A model generated the notes under the pieces. The model was given only the letters and a program-made list of their open reading frames with translations, did not search any database and was not told where the DNA came from. DNA of 64,000 nucleotides, taken from NCBI GenBank assembly GCA_031287415.1, contig JAITSY010000026.1, positions 3,503 through 67,502 on the forward strand, in the 5' to 3' direction. Below are positions 10,451 through 20,635 of this stretch, in pieces. Position numbers and translations under genes: made by a program. The stretch is from Candidatus Methanorbis basalitermitum. GTDB lineage: Archaea > Halobacteriota > Methanomicrobia > Methanomicrobiales > Methanocorpusculaceae. Within the stretch, counting starts at the first letter, position 1. Each line of letters opens with the position of its first letter.

Positions 10451-11947
10451 ATGAGCGATTCGGATAATCTTGGTACCTTCTTCGGAAAGATCCGGAGCGC
10501 CGGGGCGAGAGCACGCCTTTTTTCCTGGAAAAAAATCTGTGATGCAGCCGCTGCCGCCGAAGAGGCATATACGGATCTAGCTGAGACTCTTGCCGTGACA
10601 CAACAGAAACTTGTCGAAACAGAGAACCTTGCCACTTCCCGGGAAGCCGAGATTGGCAGCCTGAGCACCCGTCTTGCCGAGGCAAAATCCTGCAACGATG
10701 ACCTTCACGGCGATATGGACAGCCTTTCCGAAGACCGGCAGATTCTTGAGGACAGGCTCTCCAAGATGACAAAGACTGCATCCGCCAATGCCAATTCCGC
10801 AGAGCAGTGGAAGGCTGCAGAGGGTGCACGCCGAGCAGAGCTTGCCGCCGTACATGACATGTATAAGGAACTGTCCGCCATTCGTGTCAGTCTTTGTACC
10901 GAACGCGATAATCTTGCAGTAGATCTTGCAGCAGAACGCAGTGCCCATCTTGCGGACAATGACCAGGCAAGAATCTTTCGCGATCAGTATCTTTCCCGTG
11001 AGTTGGAGATCGACGGCCTCCGCAAGGATCTCGATGCATCCATAAAGAAGATTGCTGCGCAGCAGGTAGAAATTGATGGTTATGTTGAGGAACGCGATGT
11101 GAAGTACGCAGCTCTTGCAATCGAGGCTGAACGCCTGAACACTCTTGCGGCAAAGCTTGAAGAGGAGAGGAAAGCAACAGAGCTTTCTGCACGTCAGAAT
11201 CTTGTGGAGATCTTTGCAGACCATCCCAACCGTGTCGGTGCGATTTTGGAAAAGGTCTGTGCTGATCTGAATCTTGATCTCAAAACCGAGACAACCTACA
11301 AGGGAAGGTCGCACCCGAACTTTGCGGTGCTGGTCAACAGCAGCTATGTTTTTTTCAATACGGCAGTCCCTGCATCGCTGGATGCTGCTGCCTTCTTTGA
11401 AGAACATGTTGCAGAAATGGCAACCGAATTATTCGAGGCAGCAAAGGAGGACGGCGTCCGCAGCGAGGCATATCTCGTCGTGCCGAATGCGATTGCGGCA
11501 AAGCTTACCGAGTTAGTGTATGTATCCTACCGCTGTACGGTGTTTGTGGTAACCCCCGAGGCGCTCGAGGCCATTGTCCGCACGCTCAAGAGGATTGAGG
11601 AATACGAGTTCACCCGCCAGATTACGCCATTCGAGTTGGATCAGATATGCCGGTTCATCGGTAAGCTGTCCCACATGACCAAGAGAAAGATCGTGCTTGA
11701 TACGTACTTCAGTAATGAGATGCTGGAGATTCTGCAGATGGTCGAGAATCTGCCGACTGATGTTGCGGCTGATGCGGCAGTCTACGAGCGTGAGGTACGG
11801 ATGAATCCGCCTGCCGAACGCGACACTGCGGTTCTGACGGTGCCGTCGCTTTCGGCAAAGGTGCAGAAACTGGAAAAAGCCATGCTTGTCCGGGCAGCTA
11901 CCGAGGCGAGAGAGGTTTCCGAAAAATCAGAGCTTGCAGAAAAATAA
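10451..11947 (+). CDS. Coiled-coil protein with RmuC-like (PD-(D/E)xK fold) C-terminal domain (paralog 2)
   Basis: RLFSW motif, coiled coil, EAYLVVPN...FVVTPEAL, LKRIEEYEF; T-tract after the stop. Confidence 0.75.
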   Translation: MSDSDNLGTFFGKIRSAGARARLFSWKKICDAAAAAEEAYTDLAETLAVTQQKLVETENLATSREAEIGSLSTRLAEAKSCNDDLHGDMDSLSEDRQILEDRLSKMTKTASANANSAEQWKAAEGARRAELAAVHDMYKELSAIRVSLCTERDNLAVDLAAERSAHLADNDQARIFRDQYLSRELEIDGLRKDLDASIKKIAAQQVEIDGYVEERDVKYAALAIEAERLNTLAAKLEEERKATELSARQNLVEIFADHPNRVGAILEKVCADLNLDLKTETTYKGRSHPNFAVLVNSSYVFFNTAVPASLDAAAFFEEHVAEMATELFEAAKEDGVRSEAYLVVPNAIAAKLTELVYVSYRCTVFVVTPEALEAIVRTLKRIEEYEFTRQITPFELDQICRFIGKLSHMTKRKIVLDTYFSNEMLEILQMVENLPTDVAADAAVYEREVRMNPPAERDTAVLTVPSLSAKVQKLEKAMLVRAATEAREVSEKSELAEK

Positions 11948-12102
11948 TTTTTTGTGATAGCAGGAGGCAGGCTGCGTGGCAGCTCTGCTGGGTTGCAACT
12001 TTAGTGTCTTTGGTGCCTAATAGAGTTGAGGAGAGGCTCAGATGAGGGATGAGGGAAGAACACGTGCATTAAAAAGATATTGTGTTTATGCAAAAATGGA
12101 CT

Positions 12103-12213
12103 TATCGGTTTTGGTTATAATATATAAAGGGTTCGTATATCTCTATTGATATAGACGGTTATATTTCAGATTGGAAGAACGGTCCCCATTCAAACTGAGA
12201 ATTCCGAAAAATT
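12103..12213 (+). repeat. Repeat family A copy 2
   Basis: ctctattgatatagac...tttcagattggaagaac...cattcaaactga.aattccgaaaaatt. Confidence 0.92.
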
Positions 12214-12377
12214 ATGAAACTATGTCTCTATATGGTAAGAAATATAATGTTCGCCACCCGCAGGCAGAAAATTTTCATGGAACCTCTCCACAAAACCGCC
12301 TTCCCATCGATCATCATGTTTAAACAATGCGGCATCTCCCCCATCAGTTGCCTAAGTGGAAGAATGGATCAACATCT

Positions 12378-13121
12378 ATGAAGACATCTTCCGACCTGAC
12401 CCCATCAGCTACCGTACCGGCCAACACAGGGAAAATTTTGCAGAAACGTCTCTTCGAACCAACCTATTCCACCGTCCTTTTCGATATGGACAACACACTC
12501 TTCGATTTCATCGCCGCAATGAAACGAGGAGCAGCGGCGGCAGCAGAAGCAGCAGGGGTTGGAACAGGAGACCATCTGCTATCCTATTATCTCCGGTGGA
12601 AGTACCACATTGAAGACCATGCAAACCTGCAGGATTTTATGATAGATCATCACCGGTTCACCGTGGACAACTATCTTGCTGCCATTCGAGCATTCGAAGA
12701 GGCAAAGTTTGCCTGCCTCGCTCCGTACCCGGGTATCCCCAGTCTTCTCGCATCCCTACAGGAAAAAGGATATCGGCTTGGCATCGTCACCGATGCTTAT
12801 GAGTATGCAGCAGCCGAACGCCTGAAACATACCGGCCTTGAAACCTATTTCGACGTTGTTGTCACCTACGATTCAACCGGTTACAAAAAACCGCATCATG
12901 CACCCTTCGAGTACGCCATGAACTTGCTTGGTACCCGGCCGCATGAAACCGTGTACATCGGCGACTCCATCCGCCGCGACATTGAACCTGCCAAGGCTCT
13001 CGGGCTTGCGGCAGTCTACGCTGCATACGGTGACCGGAATTTTTTTGAACAACAGAGATGCTGCCCGTCCCGCGTTATTGCTGTACACAACCCTGACGAA
13101 CTCGGAAAAATCCTGTTGTAG
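12378..13121 (+). CDS. HAD-superfamily hydrolase (start uncertain)
   Basis: FDMDNTL motif I, GIVTD, KKP, YIGDSIRRDI. Confidence 0.88.
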   Translation: MKTSSDLTPSATVPANTGKILQKRLFEPTYSTVLFDMDNTLFDFIAAMKRGAAAAAEAAGVGTGDHLLSYYLRWKYHIEDHANLQDFMIDHHRFTVDNYLAAIRAFEEAKFACLAPYPGIPSLLASLQEKGYRLGIVTDAYEYAAAERLKHTGLETYFDVVVTYDSTGYKKPHHAPFEYAMNLLGTRPHETVYIGDSIRRDIEPAKALGLAAVYAAYGDRNFFEQQRCCPSRVIAVHNPDELGKILL

Positions 13122-13328
13122 AGATTATGCCGAACGTGAGTAATATTTACTATTTTTGGAAGAAATTCCAGCAAAAACGGATCCGGCATAAGGGGAGGGT
13201 GAAGACGGATTTTTTCCTGCGATTAGGCACACCAGCACCATCGATCAGGATGTGCCCGAAGACAAAGGCTACACCTTCCAAAATACCGCCTTAACCATCC
13301 TGCAAAGTCCGATCAAAAAACCTGCCGA

Positions 13329-13480
13329 AGCTGCAACTCTCTGGTAGAGGTTACGCCGACACATCTGCGCAAGCAGCAAACAAGGCTTGGCCTTGCGTCG
13401 TCAACGGCATGCACGCACAATGCAGGGCAATGGGACAAACATCTCACCAGAGCCTGCATACGCACCGCTGCCATGCAACT
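13329..13480 (+). repeat. Repeat family B copy (full length, MITE-like)
   Basis: agctgca...ctggtagaggttacgccgacacatctgcgcaagcagcaa...ccgctgccatgcaact; inverted ends. Confidence 0.88.
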
Positions 13481-13534
13481 ATCCCCTGTGAACACCATAA
13501 CAATTAATCCCCACACACTCCAATAAAAGAATAT

Positions 13535-14527
13535 ATGCTGGATAAATACAAGGGATGCCTCCTCGGCGCAGTACTTGGCGACGCCCTTGGCATGCCCAGT
13601 GAAACCACCGTAAGTCGGTTCATCGGAGCCACCCTCGGATTCAAACGGGCATACAAAGGTCACCCAAACCATGACCTCCTCCCGGGCCAATACACCGATG
13701 ACTCTCAACTCATCCTCATCGCCTCCCGCCTCCTTGCTGAGGCAAACTGGGGTCCTGAACCATACGCAAAAGAACTGCTCCGCACATATACCCTCAACAA
13801 ATTCCGCTACCCTGACGGAACCATCTACGCCGCATGCAAACGCATGAAAAATACTGGTGACCTCACCGGGTCAGGCGTCTCTTCTGACAGTGCAGGATGT
13901 GTCTCCCTTGCTGTACCCTTTGCGCTTGTTTACAAAGACCGCAGAGAGATGGCGCCCAAACTCCTTGAAGCCTGCAATATCACCCATACCCACACCGGAA
14001 CCGGCGCTGCAGCCATAGGTGTCGCACTCATGCTCAATACCCTCATCGAAACAGGCAACACCGACGACGCATATTTAGCCCTCCTCACTGCCGCACAAAA
14101 TATGAACCCCGATCTTGCTTCCCGCATCAACAACGCAGTCCGTATCGAAAGAACCGGTATGCAGATAACTGACGCCCTTGCTGCAATTGGCAACTCTTCC
14201 TCAATCTATCACACCCTCCCCCTCGCAATATTCCTCTGTAAACGCTACAGCGTCCCAGAAGAACTCCTCACCTCCGCGGCAGCATGTGGCGGCAATGCAG
14301 ACACCCTCACGCTCCTCTGCGGAGCATTCTCCGGCGCGCGTTACGGCATCTCCTCCCTCCCGCAGGAACTCCTTGCCAAACTCGAACGAAGAGGCGAGTT
14401 CGAAGCCCTCGCAGAAAAATTCATCGACCCCAAAAAGCCTGAAATTCCCGCGGCAGCAGAAACACCCAACCAAAAACCCTCGAAAAGTCCGGAGAGCATC
14501 TACGACGCCGGCTGGGAACCCGAATAA
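13535..14527 (+). CDS. ADP-ribosylglycohydrolase (DraG/ARH) family protein
   Basis: GCLLGAVLGDALG, GQYTDDSQL, ITHTH, GGNADT, GAFSGARYG. Confidence 0.9.
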   Translation: MLDKYKGCLLGAVLGDALGMPSETTVSRFIGATLGFKRAYKGHPNHDLLPGQYTDDSQLILIASRLLAEANWGPEPYAKELLRTYTLNKFRYPDGTIYAACKRMKNTGDLTGSGVSSDSAGCVSLAVPFALVYKDRREMAPKLLEACNITHTHTGTGAAAIGVALMLNTLIETGNTDDAYLALLTAAQNMNPDLASRINNAVRIERTGMQITDALAAIGNSSSIYHTLPLAIFLCKRYSVPEELLTSAAACGGNADTLTLLCGAFSGARYGISSLPQELLAKLERRGEFEALAEKFIDPKKPEIPAAAETPNQKPSKSPESIYDAGWEPE

Positions 14528-14554
14528 CCCCACGCTTTTTCAAAGCACAGCAGC

Positions 14555-14660
14555 AGTTGCACGCCCCTGATAGAGGTTACGCCGACACATCTGCGCAGGC
14601 AGCAAGTAAGGCATGGCCTTGTGTCGTCGGCGGCGTGTGCGTGCATTGCATGGCAGCGAC
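14555..14660 (+). repeat. Repeat family B copy
   Basis: agttgcacgcccctgatagaggttacgccgacacatctgcgcaggcagcaag, highly similar to the copies at 13329 and 32641. Confidence 0.9.
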
Positions 14661-14685
14661 ACACCGCCTACTTCAAAGCCCCGTA

Positions 14686-15313
14686 AGGTATTTCCGAACT
14701 GCACCGAGAAGAAGTCCGTGGGGAGGAATTCGTCGCAAATCCCGGCTATTTTCCAAGCGGAACAAACCTTGCTGCAGCACCCGTAGCTGACATCGCTGCG
14801 ACTATCATCTACGACTCAAAGAGTGGCATCTCCGGAACGGGTGACTCCATCTCCGAAACCACCCATTATCCGAACATTGCCGGAAACGCCTCCCCGTACA
14901 AAATCACCTCCCACCGGCATCTACCAGAGATGAAACAGGAAGCAGCATGTCTTGGCTCCAAAGCCAGCATCTACTTCACTCCTCATCTACTTCCGGTAAC
15001 CCGGGGAATTATCACCACTGCCCACATCCTCTTTGAAGAACATGTCTCCTTTGACGAAATCAGGCGCCGTTACGACGCCTTCTACAAAAACGAACCCTTC
15101 ATCCGTTTCCAGATCGCAAAACTTGGCGGTGTTCACGGCTCAAATTTCTGCGACATCAACTTCGAACTCGGGGCAGATGGAATGCGGTTTGTCACCATTT
15201 CCGCAATCGATAACCTCATCAAAGGAGTGGAAGGCCAGGCAATCCAGAACATGAATATCATGTGCGGATACACCGAAATCGATGGACTGCAGGTCCCAGG
15301 AATGTTTCCATAG
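14686..15313 (+). pseudogene. argC: N-acetyl-gamma-glutamyl-phosphate reductase, 5'-truncated and frameshifted
   Basis: ISELHREE / VANPGYFP (catalytic Cys of NPGC lost), [41 protein letters not shown]; N-terminal domain missing. Confidence 0.88.
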
Positions 15314-15359
15314 GAACATTCAAGATACATAAAACAGTTATATACATGCTGATATCCAT

Positions 15360-16445
15360 ATGCAGAGTATCTGTACTGTTAAAGGGTTAAAGGCGTCACC
15401 ACATGAGGTGTAAAAGAAGGAAAATACGGCCTTGCACTCATTAAAGCATCCGGAACAGGGGTGGCTGTCTTTACCAGCAACAAAGTCCGTGCACCGGTTA
15501 TTAATCTCATGGCGGAGCGTACCAAACGCGGGAAGCTTGCAGGCATCATTGCAAACGGTGGATGCGCCAACGCCTATACCGGTGAGCGCGGATATGAGGA
15601 TGCCAAGACTATGGCATCCATCGGTTCGGAGGTTCTTGGTATTTCTGAGAAGGAAACCGGCGTTGCCAGCACCGGTGTGATTGGCAGATACCTTGACCTT
15701 AATCTGATCCGCCGCAAGAGCAATCATGACAGCTGACATGGTGCAGAAGCATGCCCTCGTGCAACGGGAAGGTTTTACCATTGCAGGCATCTGCAACGGC
15801 TCGGGAATGATTGCCCCAAATATGGGCACGATGCTTTCCTTCATCTATACGGATGTGGAGGTCTCCGCAGAGCATCTCCATGAGGCACTAAAGACCGCAG
15901 TGAAGCAGGGAGACGCAGCCCTCCTCAAAAGCTGTGGCAAACTCATCTTTTGGCACACGACCTGCTTTGCCAGTAGCCGTGCAGAAGAGCGAGTCGTTCG
16001 TGCTTTCATCTCCGTCCACAACCACACGGTTCAAACTCTTGCGATGCAGACTGCAGCTGACGGCGAGGGGACAACCAAGATGCTTGAGGTACACGGGTCA
16101 AAGGGGCGTGCCGCGAGAAGGACGCCGAAAAGATCGCGCACGTACTGTGATCACATCACCGCTTGTAAAGAGTACGGTGAAGATCCGAATTGGAGCAGAG
16201 TTGTCTGTGCTGCCGGATGCTCGGGTGTTGAGTTTGCGATTGATGAGCTATCTCTTTCGATCGGTGAAAACGGGAGCGAAACTCTGCTTGTGCAAACAGG
16301 CGAGAACACTGCAGACCTCGTGGGGGCGAAGGCAGCGATGGTCGGCAGGCACATGGTATTTACCATTACACTTGAATTCGGCAGGAAAGAGGCGGTTGCA
16401 TGGGGCTGCGATCTGACAGAAAAATACGTGGAGATACATCAACGC
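15360..16445 (+). pseudogene. argJ: Ornithine acetyltransferase, multiple frameshifts and deletions
   Basis: KEGKYGLALI, VFTSNKVRAP, NGGCANAYTG, ASTGVIG, GSGMIAPNMGTML, DGDESTND, DGEGTTK, GEDPNW, AWGCDLT..YV spread over three frames. Confidence 0.92.
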
Positions 16446-16452
16446 AGACACA

Positions 16453-16764
16453 ATGGCCGGTGAGATTGCGGGGCCCCTCAAGGCATTCAAAATGATCTCA
16501 CTGGCTGATGTGGATGGTGTGATGAACAAAGAACAGACAAAGCTGTTTCACCGCCTTACGCTGAAGAAGGTGGACGCTCTGATGGCAGACGGTGCGATCT
16601 CGGGCGGGATGACCCCGAAGCTTGAGGCGAGTGTGAATGCGGTGCGCCACGGTGTCGAGGGTGTTCATGTGGTGAATGGGAATGCTGAGCACAATCTTCT
16701 TCTGGAGCTGTTCACAAACGAGGGTGTGGGGATGATGATTACGGCTTCGATGATCAATTTCTAA
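16453..16764 (+). pseudogene. argB: Acetylglutamate kinase, C-terminal remnant
   Basis: DVDGVM, ISGGMTPKLEA, VHVVNG...LLLELFTNEGVG; N-terminal two thirds absent. Confidence 0.88.
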
Positions 16765-16852
16765 TCTTTTCGCCAAATTGCAGCCAAAAAACGGGGCTGT
16801 TAACGAAAGTGATTTATTTTTGTGATGCGCTATTGTTAGACAAGGTGGTTTC

Positions 16853-17014
16853 ATGGGAGTTATTTGCTCGATTACGCAGAAACGATGTATGGGTAAGGAC
16901 TGTAAGTTCTGGAGAGCGGATGCGATGATAGATAAGAAGGCGGATACGTTTTACGAGCTGGGAACTGGGGAATGTTTGTTTATTAAGGCAGTCAATCATC
17001 TGCTGGCAAAGTAA
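16853..17014 (+). CDS. Small Cys-rich protein (53 aa), not in the ORF track
   Basis: RBS aggtgg, ATG, MGVICSITQKRCMGKDCKFW...GECLFIKAVNHLLAK, TAA followed by a T-tract. Confidence 0.6.
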   Translation: MGVICSITQKRCMGKDCKFWRADAMIDKKADTFYELGTGECLFIKAVNHLLAK

Positions 17015-17346
17015 TTTTTTGTGTTGTAATGTGGAAATACGCCGCCGAGCGGGAGCATACAGAGGAGCTTTGGGACAGATGCGGGCAGCGGCCGCGATCC
17101 GGTATGCCGAGGCTACTTCGCTGTGCGGGGCCCCACTGGCCGCTGCTGCACTGGGCTGCAAAGCCCGCATCACCCACACTTCTATATACCTTATACACCC
17201 AATAATATAGAGTTTAAAGCACTGTGCCCGTTGCAGTGCCGTACACCAGCAAAGTCAAGGGCTTTGCAGCAGATCACAGGAATGTGGCAGAATGTTTGCA
17301 AAAGAAACTCTGAAACGAAAACTGCTGAACCTGAGGTGAATAAAGA

Positions 17347-17931
17347 ATGTCCAAATCAATGTATGGATACGTTCGGGATGCGTGGAAAAGACCCGCAGAC
17401 TCCGGCGTAAAGAAACTCCTCTGGGAGAGAATGCAAATATGGCGCCGTCAGGGAGCTGTTGTCCGCCTTGAGCACCCGACCCGCATTGACCGGGCCCACG
17501 CACTCGGCTACAAAGCGAAGCCGGGCATCATCATTGTCCGCGCCTCCATCCGCCGCGGCGGCCGCAGAAAGCCGCGTTACATCCGCGGACGCAGAACCAA
17601 CCGCATGGGAATGCGCAAAGCTACTCCCGGAAAGAACCTGCAAAGCATTGCAGAAGAGCGTGCTGCAGACCGCTACCCCAACATGGAAGTCTTAAACTCC
17701 TACTGGGTTGGGCAGGATGGAAAACACAAATACTTCGAGGTCATTCTCGTTGACCGCAGCAGCCCCGAGGTTCTTTCCTGCAAAAATCTGGCCTGGGTTG
17801 CAAACACCCGAGGTCGCGTCTACCGCGGAAAATCCTCCGCAGGTAGAAAAGGACGCGGACTCCGCAGCCGTGGGAGGGGCACGGAAAAGTGCCGTCCAAG
17901 CATCCGTTCGCATAAAAGCCAGGGAAAATAA
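17347..17931 (+). CDS. rpl15e: 50S ribosomal protein L15e
   Basis: [31 protein letters not shown]. Confidence 0.97.
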   Translation: MSKSMYGYVRDAWKRPADSGVKKLLWERMQIWRRQGAVVRLEHPTRIDRAHALGYKAKPGIIIVRASIRRGGRRKPRYIRGRRTNRMGMRKATPGKNLQSIAEERAADRYPNMEVLNSYWVGQDGKHKYFEVILVDRSSPEVLSCKNLAWVANTRGRVYRGKSSAGRKGRGLRSRGRGTEKCRPSIRSHKSQGK

Positions 17932-17948
17932 ACCTGTCTTTATTCATT

Positions 17949-18596
17949 ATGATCACCGACGCCTGTGTGTTTACAAACCAGGATTCGGCCGCCACGCCGC
18001 GGCGCCTGGTCCTTACCGCGAAGTCCTGCTGCATATCCCGCGTGATTCTCTGCGGCAATGCTGCTGACGTTCCTGCATCATATGCGGGAGTGACCACTCT
18101 TCGCGGAAAAATCATCGGCAAACAAAACAGCAGAACATTTCCAGACGCCGTCAGAACAAGTCCAAAAGGATGCGTTGTTATGGTAAGTGCCGGAGAAAAC
18201 AGTTTTAACCGGATTGCAGTCAGCACCAAAGGCGTGCATCTTTTAACCAACATTGCCGATCTCCCCAAAGGCGGCTTTGACCACGTCACTGCAAAGATGG
18301 CGGCTGACCATATCACTGGGGTGGTACTGGATCTGTCCTGCATTATCCATCCCAGAAGTCGGCGGACGGCCCTCTTGCGGTATGCGGAGATTCTTCTTTT
18401 GCAGCGGAAGTACCATTTCCCGCTCGTCATCGCAAGCGGAGCAGAGGACCTCTTCGGCATCAAAAACGTTGCCGAAACGATCGCACTCTGCTCGCTCTTT
18501 GGTATGACGCGGGCCGAGGTGTATGCAGCCCAGAACAGTCTGGATGCAGTACTGTCTCCATCGATGCCCGTGACCATTGTCGTCGTGGAGCCATGA
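17949..18596 (+). CDS. rnp3: RNase P protein component 3 (Rpp30)
   Basis: Position in the conserved operon; NRIAV, FDHVTAKMAA, PLVIASGA. Confidence 0.85.
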   Translation: MITDACVFTNQDSAATPRRLVLTAKSCCISRVILCGNAADVPASYAGVTTLRGKIIGKQNSRTFPDAVRTSPKGCVVMVSAGENSFNRIAVSTKGVHLLTNIADLPKGGFDHVTAKMAADHITGVVLDLSCIIHPRSRRTALLRYAEILLLQRKYHFPLVIASGAEDLFGIKNVAETIALCSLFGMTRAEVYAAQNSLDAVLSPSMPVTIVVVEP

Positions 18597-19042
18597 GGTC
18601 GCTCCTACCGACCCTTCGGGAAAACCGTCGGTATATCCTCGTGAAAATCACCGGGGAATTTGACAAGATGCCGCCACAAAAGGAGATCTATCAGAGAGTC
18701 CGCGATGCCGCAGCAGATCTGTTCGGTGACGTGGGTTCTGCAAAAATGCATATCGCGATTGCCTGGTCGGAAGGTGAACATGCTATCATCCGGTGCAGCA
18801 GAGGATGCGAACAGGAGACAATCGCAGCCATCGCGGTAATCACAAAGTTCTGCGGTGCGGCAGCAGTGTTTCGGACAGTGGCGGTGTCCGGAACTCTGCA
18901 TGGCGCAAAAACTCATGTTAAAATCACCTGTTGGGATACGGAGGCCCTGCCAGGCTATCAGTGCTCCGGCAGAAAGGTTGACAGTCTCACAGGTAATAAC
19001 ACACATAAATATCTCACACGAGATGATATACATAAGGAATAA
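18593..19042 (+). CDS. rnp2: RNase P protein component 2 (Pop5)
   Basis: PTLRENRRYI, LFGDVG, VSGTL. Confidence 0.88.
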   Translation: MRSLLPTLRENRRYILVKITGEFDKMPPQKEIYQRVRDAAADLFGDVGSAKMHIAIAWSEGEHAIIRCSRGCEQETIAAIAVITKFCGAAAVFRTVAVSGTLHGAKTHVKITCWDTEALPGYQCSGRKVDSLTGNNTHKYLTRDDIHKE

Positions 19043-19044
19043 TC

Positions 19045-19872
19045 ATGCAGCCACAACAATATCAGATGGGAGGCTACGATCGTGCTATTACGATGTTTTC
19101 TCCCGACGGGCGCTTATATCAGGTAGAATACGCTCGCGAAGCAGTGAAACGCGGAACAACTGCTGTCGGCATCAAATGTGGGATCGGGGTCGTCCTCCTC
19201 GTCGACAAACGTGTCAGTTCCCGTCTTCTGGAACCCTCGTCCATCGAGAAAATTTTCAGAATTGACGAACACATCGGTGTTGCCACCTCGGGTCTTGTCG
19301 GCGATGCTCGGGCACTGGTTGACCGTGCGAGAATCGATGCACAGATTAACCGCGTCAGCTACGGCGAATCTATCGATGTGGAAACCCTTGCAAAGAAGCT
19401 CTGCGACCACATGCAGACCTATACGTTGTTCGGCGGCGCCCGTCCGTATGGAACCGCACTGCTGATTGCAGGTGTGGAGACTGATGCAGACGGTACGCGC
19501 TACCGGCTTTTTGAGACGGATCCATCAGGAACACTGCTTGAGTACACGGCAACTGGCATCGGCATAGGAAGACCGGCGGTTATGAAGCTCTTTGAGGCTG
19601 AGTACAGGGACAATCTTACTGCTGAAGAGACGATTGATCTCGGTCTGAAGGCACTGCACACCGCAACAGAAGGAAAGTTCGATGTGAACACGGTTGAGAT
19701 CGGCGTTGCAGGCACCTATGTTGCCAAGAAACGGACATCCAAAAAGATTGAGCCTCCGGCCGGGCCCGAGACGGTACTACTGCCATTTAGAATACTCAAC
19801 AACGAGGAGGTCAAAGCAGCTGTCGTAAAGTTTTCCAAGGCACATGCCAAGGGTGCGAAGCTGGATGGGTGA
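19045..19872 (+). CDS. psmA: Proteasome subunit alpha
   Basis: GYDRAITMFSPDGRLYQVEYAREAV. Confidence 0.97.
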   Translation: MQPQQYQMGGYDRAITMFSPDGRLYQVEYAREAVKRGTTAVGIKCGIGVVLLVDKRVSSRLLEPSSIEKIFRIDEHIGVATSGLVGDARALVDRARIDAQINRVSYGESIDVETLAKKLCDHMQTYTLFGGARPYGTALLIAGVETDADGTRYRLFETDPSGTLLEYTATGIGIGRPAVMKLFEAEYRDNLTAEETIDLGLKALHTATEGKFDVNTVEIGVAGTYVAKKRTSKKIEPPAGPETVLLPFRILNNEEVKAAVVKFSKAHAKGAKLDG

Positions 19873-19880
19873 AGATAGTC

Positions 19881-20585
19881 ATGATTTCGCTCGATGCTGC
19901 TGTAACGGCACGGTTGGAGACACACGGGCTGAAATTTGAGATTTTGGTCGACCCAGAACTTGCTGACAGGATGCGCCAAGGAGACGAGAACATTGCTATC
20001 GAAGATGTCATTGCCACACAGTATGTATATGAAAACGCTGCCCACGGTGACAAATCACCGGAGGAGGATCTACTAAAGGCGTTTAAAACCACAAACTTTG
20101 AGGATATTGCAAAGCAGCTCATCCTCAAAGGAGAGATCCACTTAACGACCGAACAGCGCCGCAGTTTAACTGAGGAGAAGCGCCGCCGCGTCATCAACTT
20201 CATCTCCCGCAATGCAGTAAATCCGCAGACTGGATTTCCACATCCAGCAGCAAGAATCAAGTTGGCGCTTGAAGGGGTGCGGATCAACTTCGATCCGTTC
20301 AGATCGGTGGACGAACTGGTAAAGGAAACGGTAAAGGCTCTGCGGCCTATCCTTCCGATTCGATTTGAGGAGCGCAAAATTGCCGTGCGATTTCCGATGG
20401 ATTTTGCCACCAGGGCATTTGGGGCGGTCTCCGGAGCGGCATATGTTACGGTGGAAAAGAACGAGTGGCAGAACGACGGTTCGTGGATCTGTGTTGCCAA
20501 GATCCCCGCAGGAATGCAGGAGGAGTTTTTCAGCCTGGCAAATCATGTGGCAAAGGGCGATGCCCAGATCAAGATTTTAGAATAA
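19881..20585 (+). CDS. Ribosome maturation factor SBDS/Sdo1
   Basis: KFEILVDP, GEIHLTTEQRR, NPQTGFPHP, IPAGMQ. Confidence 0.95.
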   Translation: MISLDAAVTARLETHGLKFEILVDPELADRMRQGDENIAIEDVIATQYVYENAAHGDKSPEEDLLKAFKTTNFEDIAKQLILKGEIHLTTEQRRSLTEEKRRRVINFISRNAVNPQTGFPHPAARIKLALEGVRINFDPFRSVDELVKETVKALRPILPIRFEERKIAVRFPMDFATRAFGAVSGAAYVTVEKNEWQNDGSWICVAKIPAGMQEEFFSLANHVAKGDAQIKILE

Positions 20586-20635
20586 GATTAAATCCCCTAA
20601 GAACCAAAGATAAGAGATATTTCTGAGGAAGATTC

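Noticed and set aside
12103-12213. Family A as origin recognition boxes
   Set aside because: No cdc6/orc1 nearby, no clear ORB consensus or G-string, and copies are dispersed
14686-16764. Programmed frameshifting or recoding to rescue the arg genes
   Set aside because: Multiple lesions, large deletions and lost catalytic residues indicate decay
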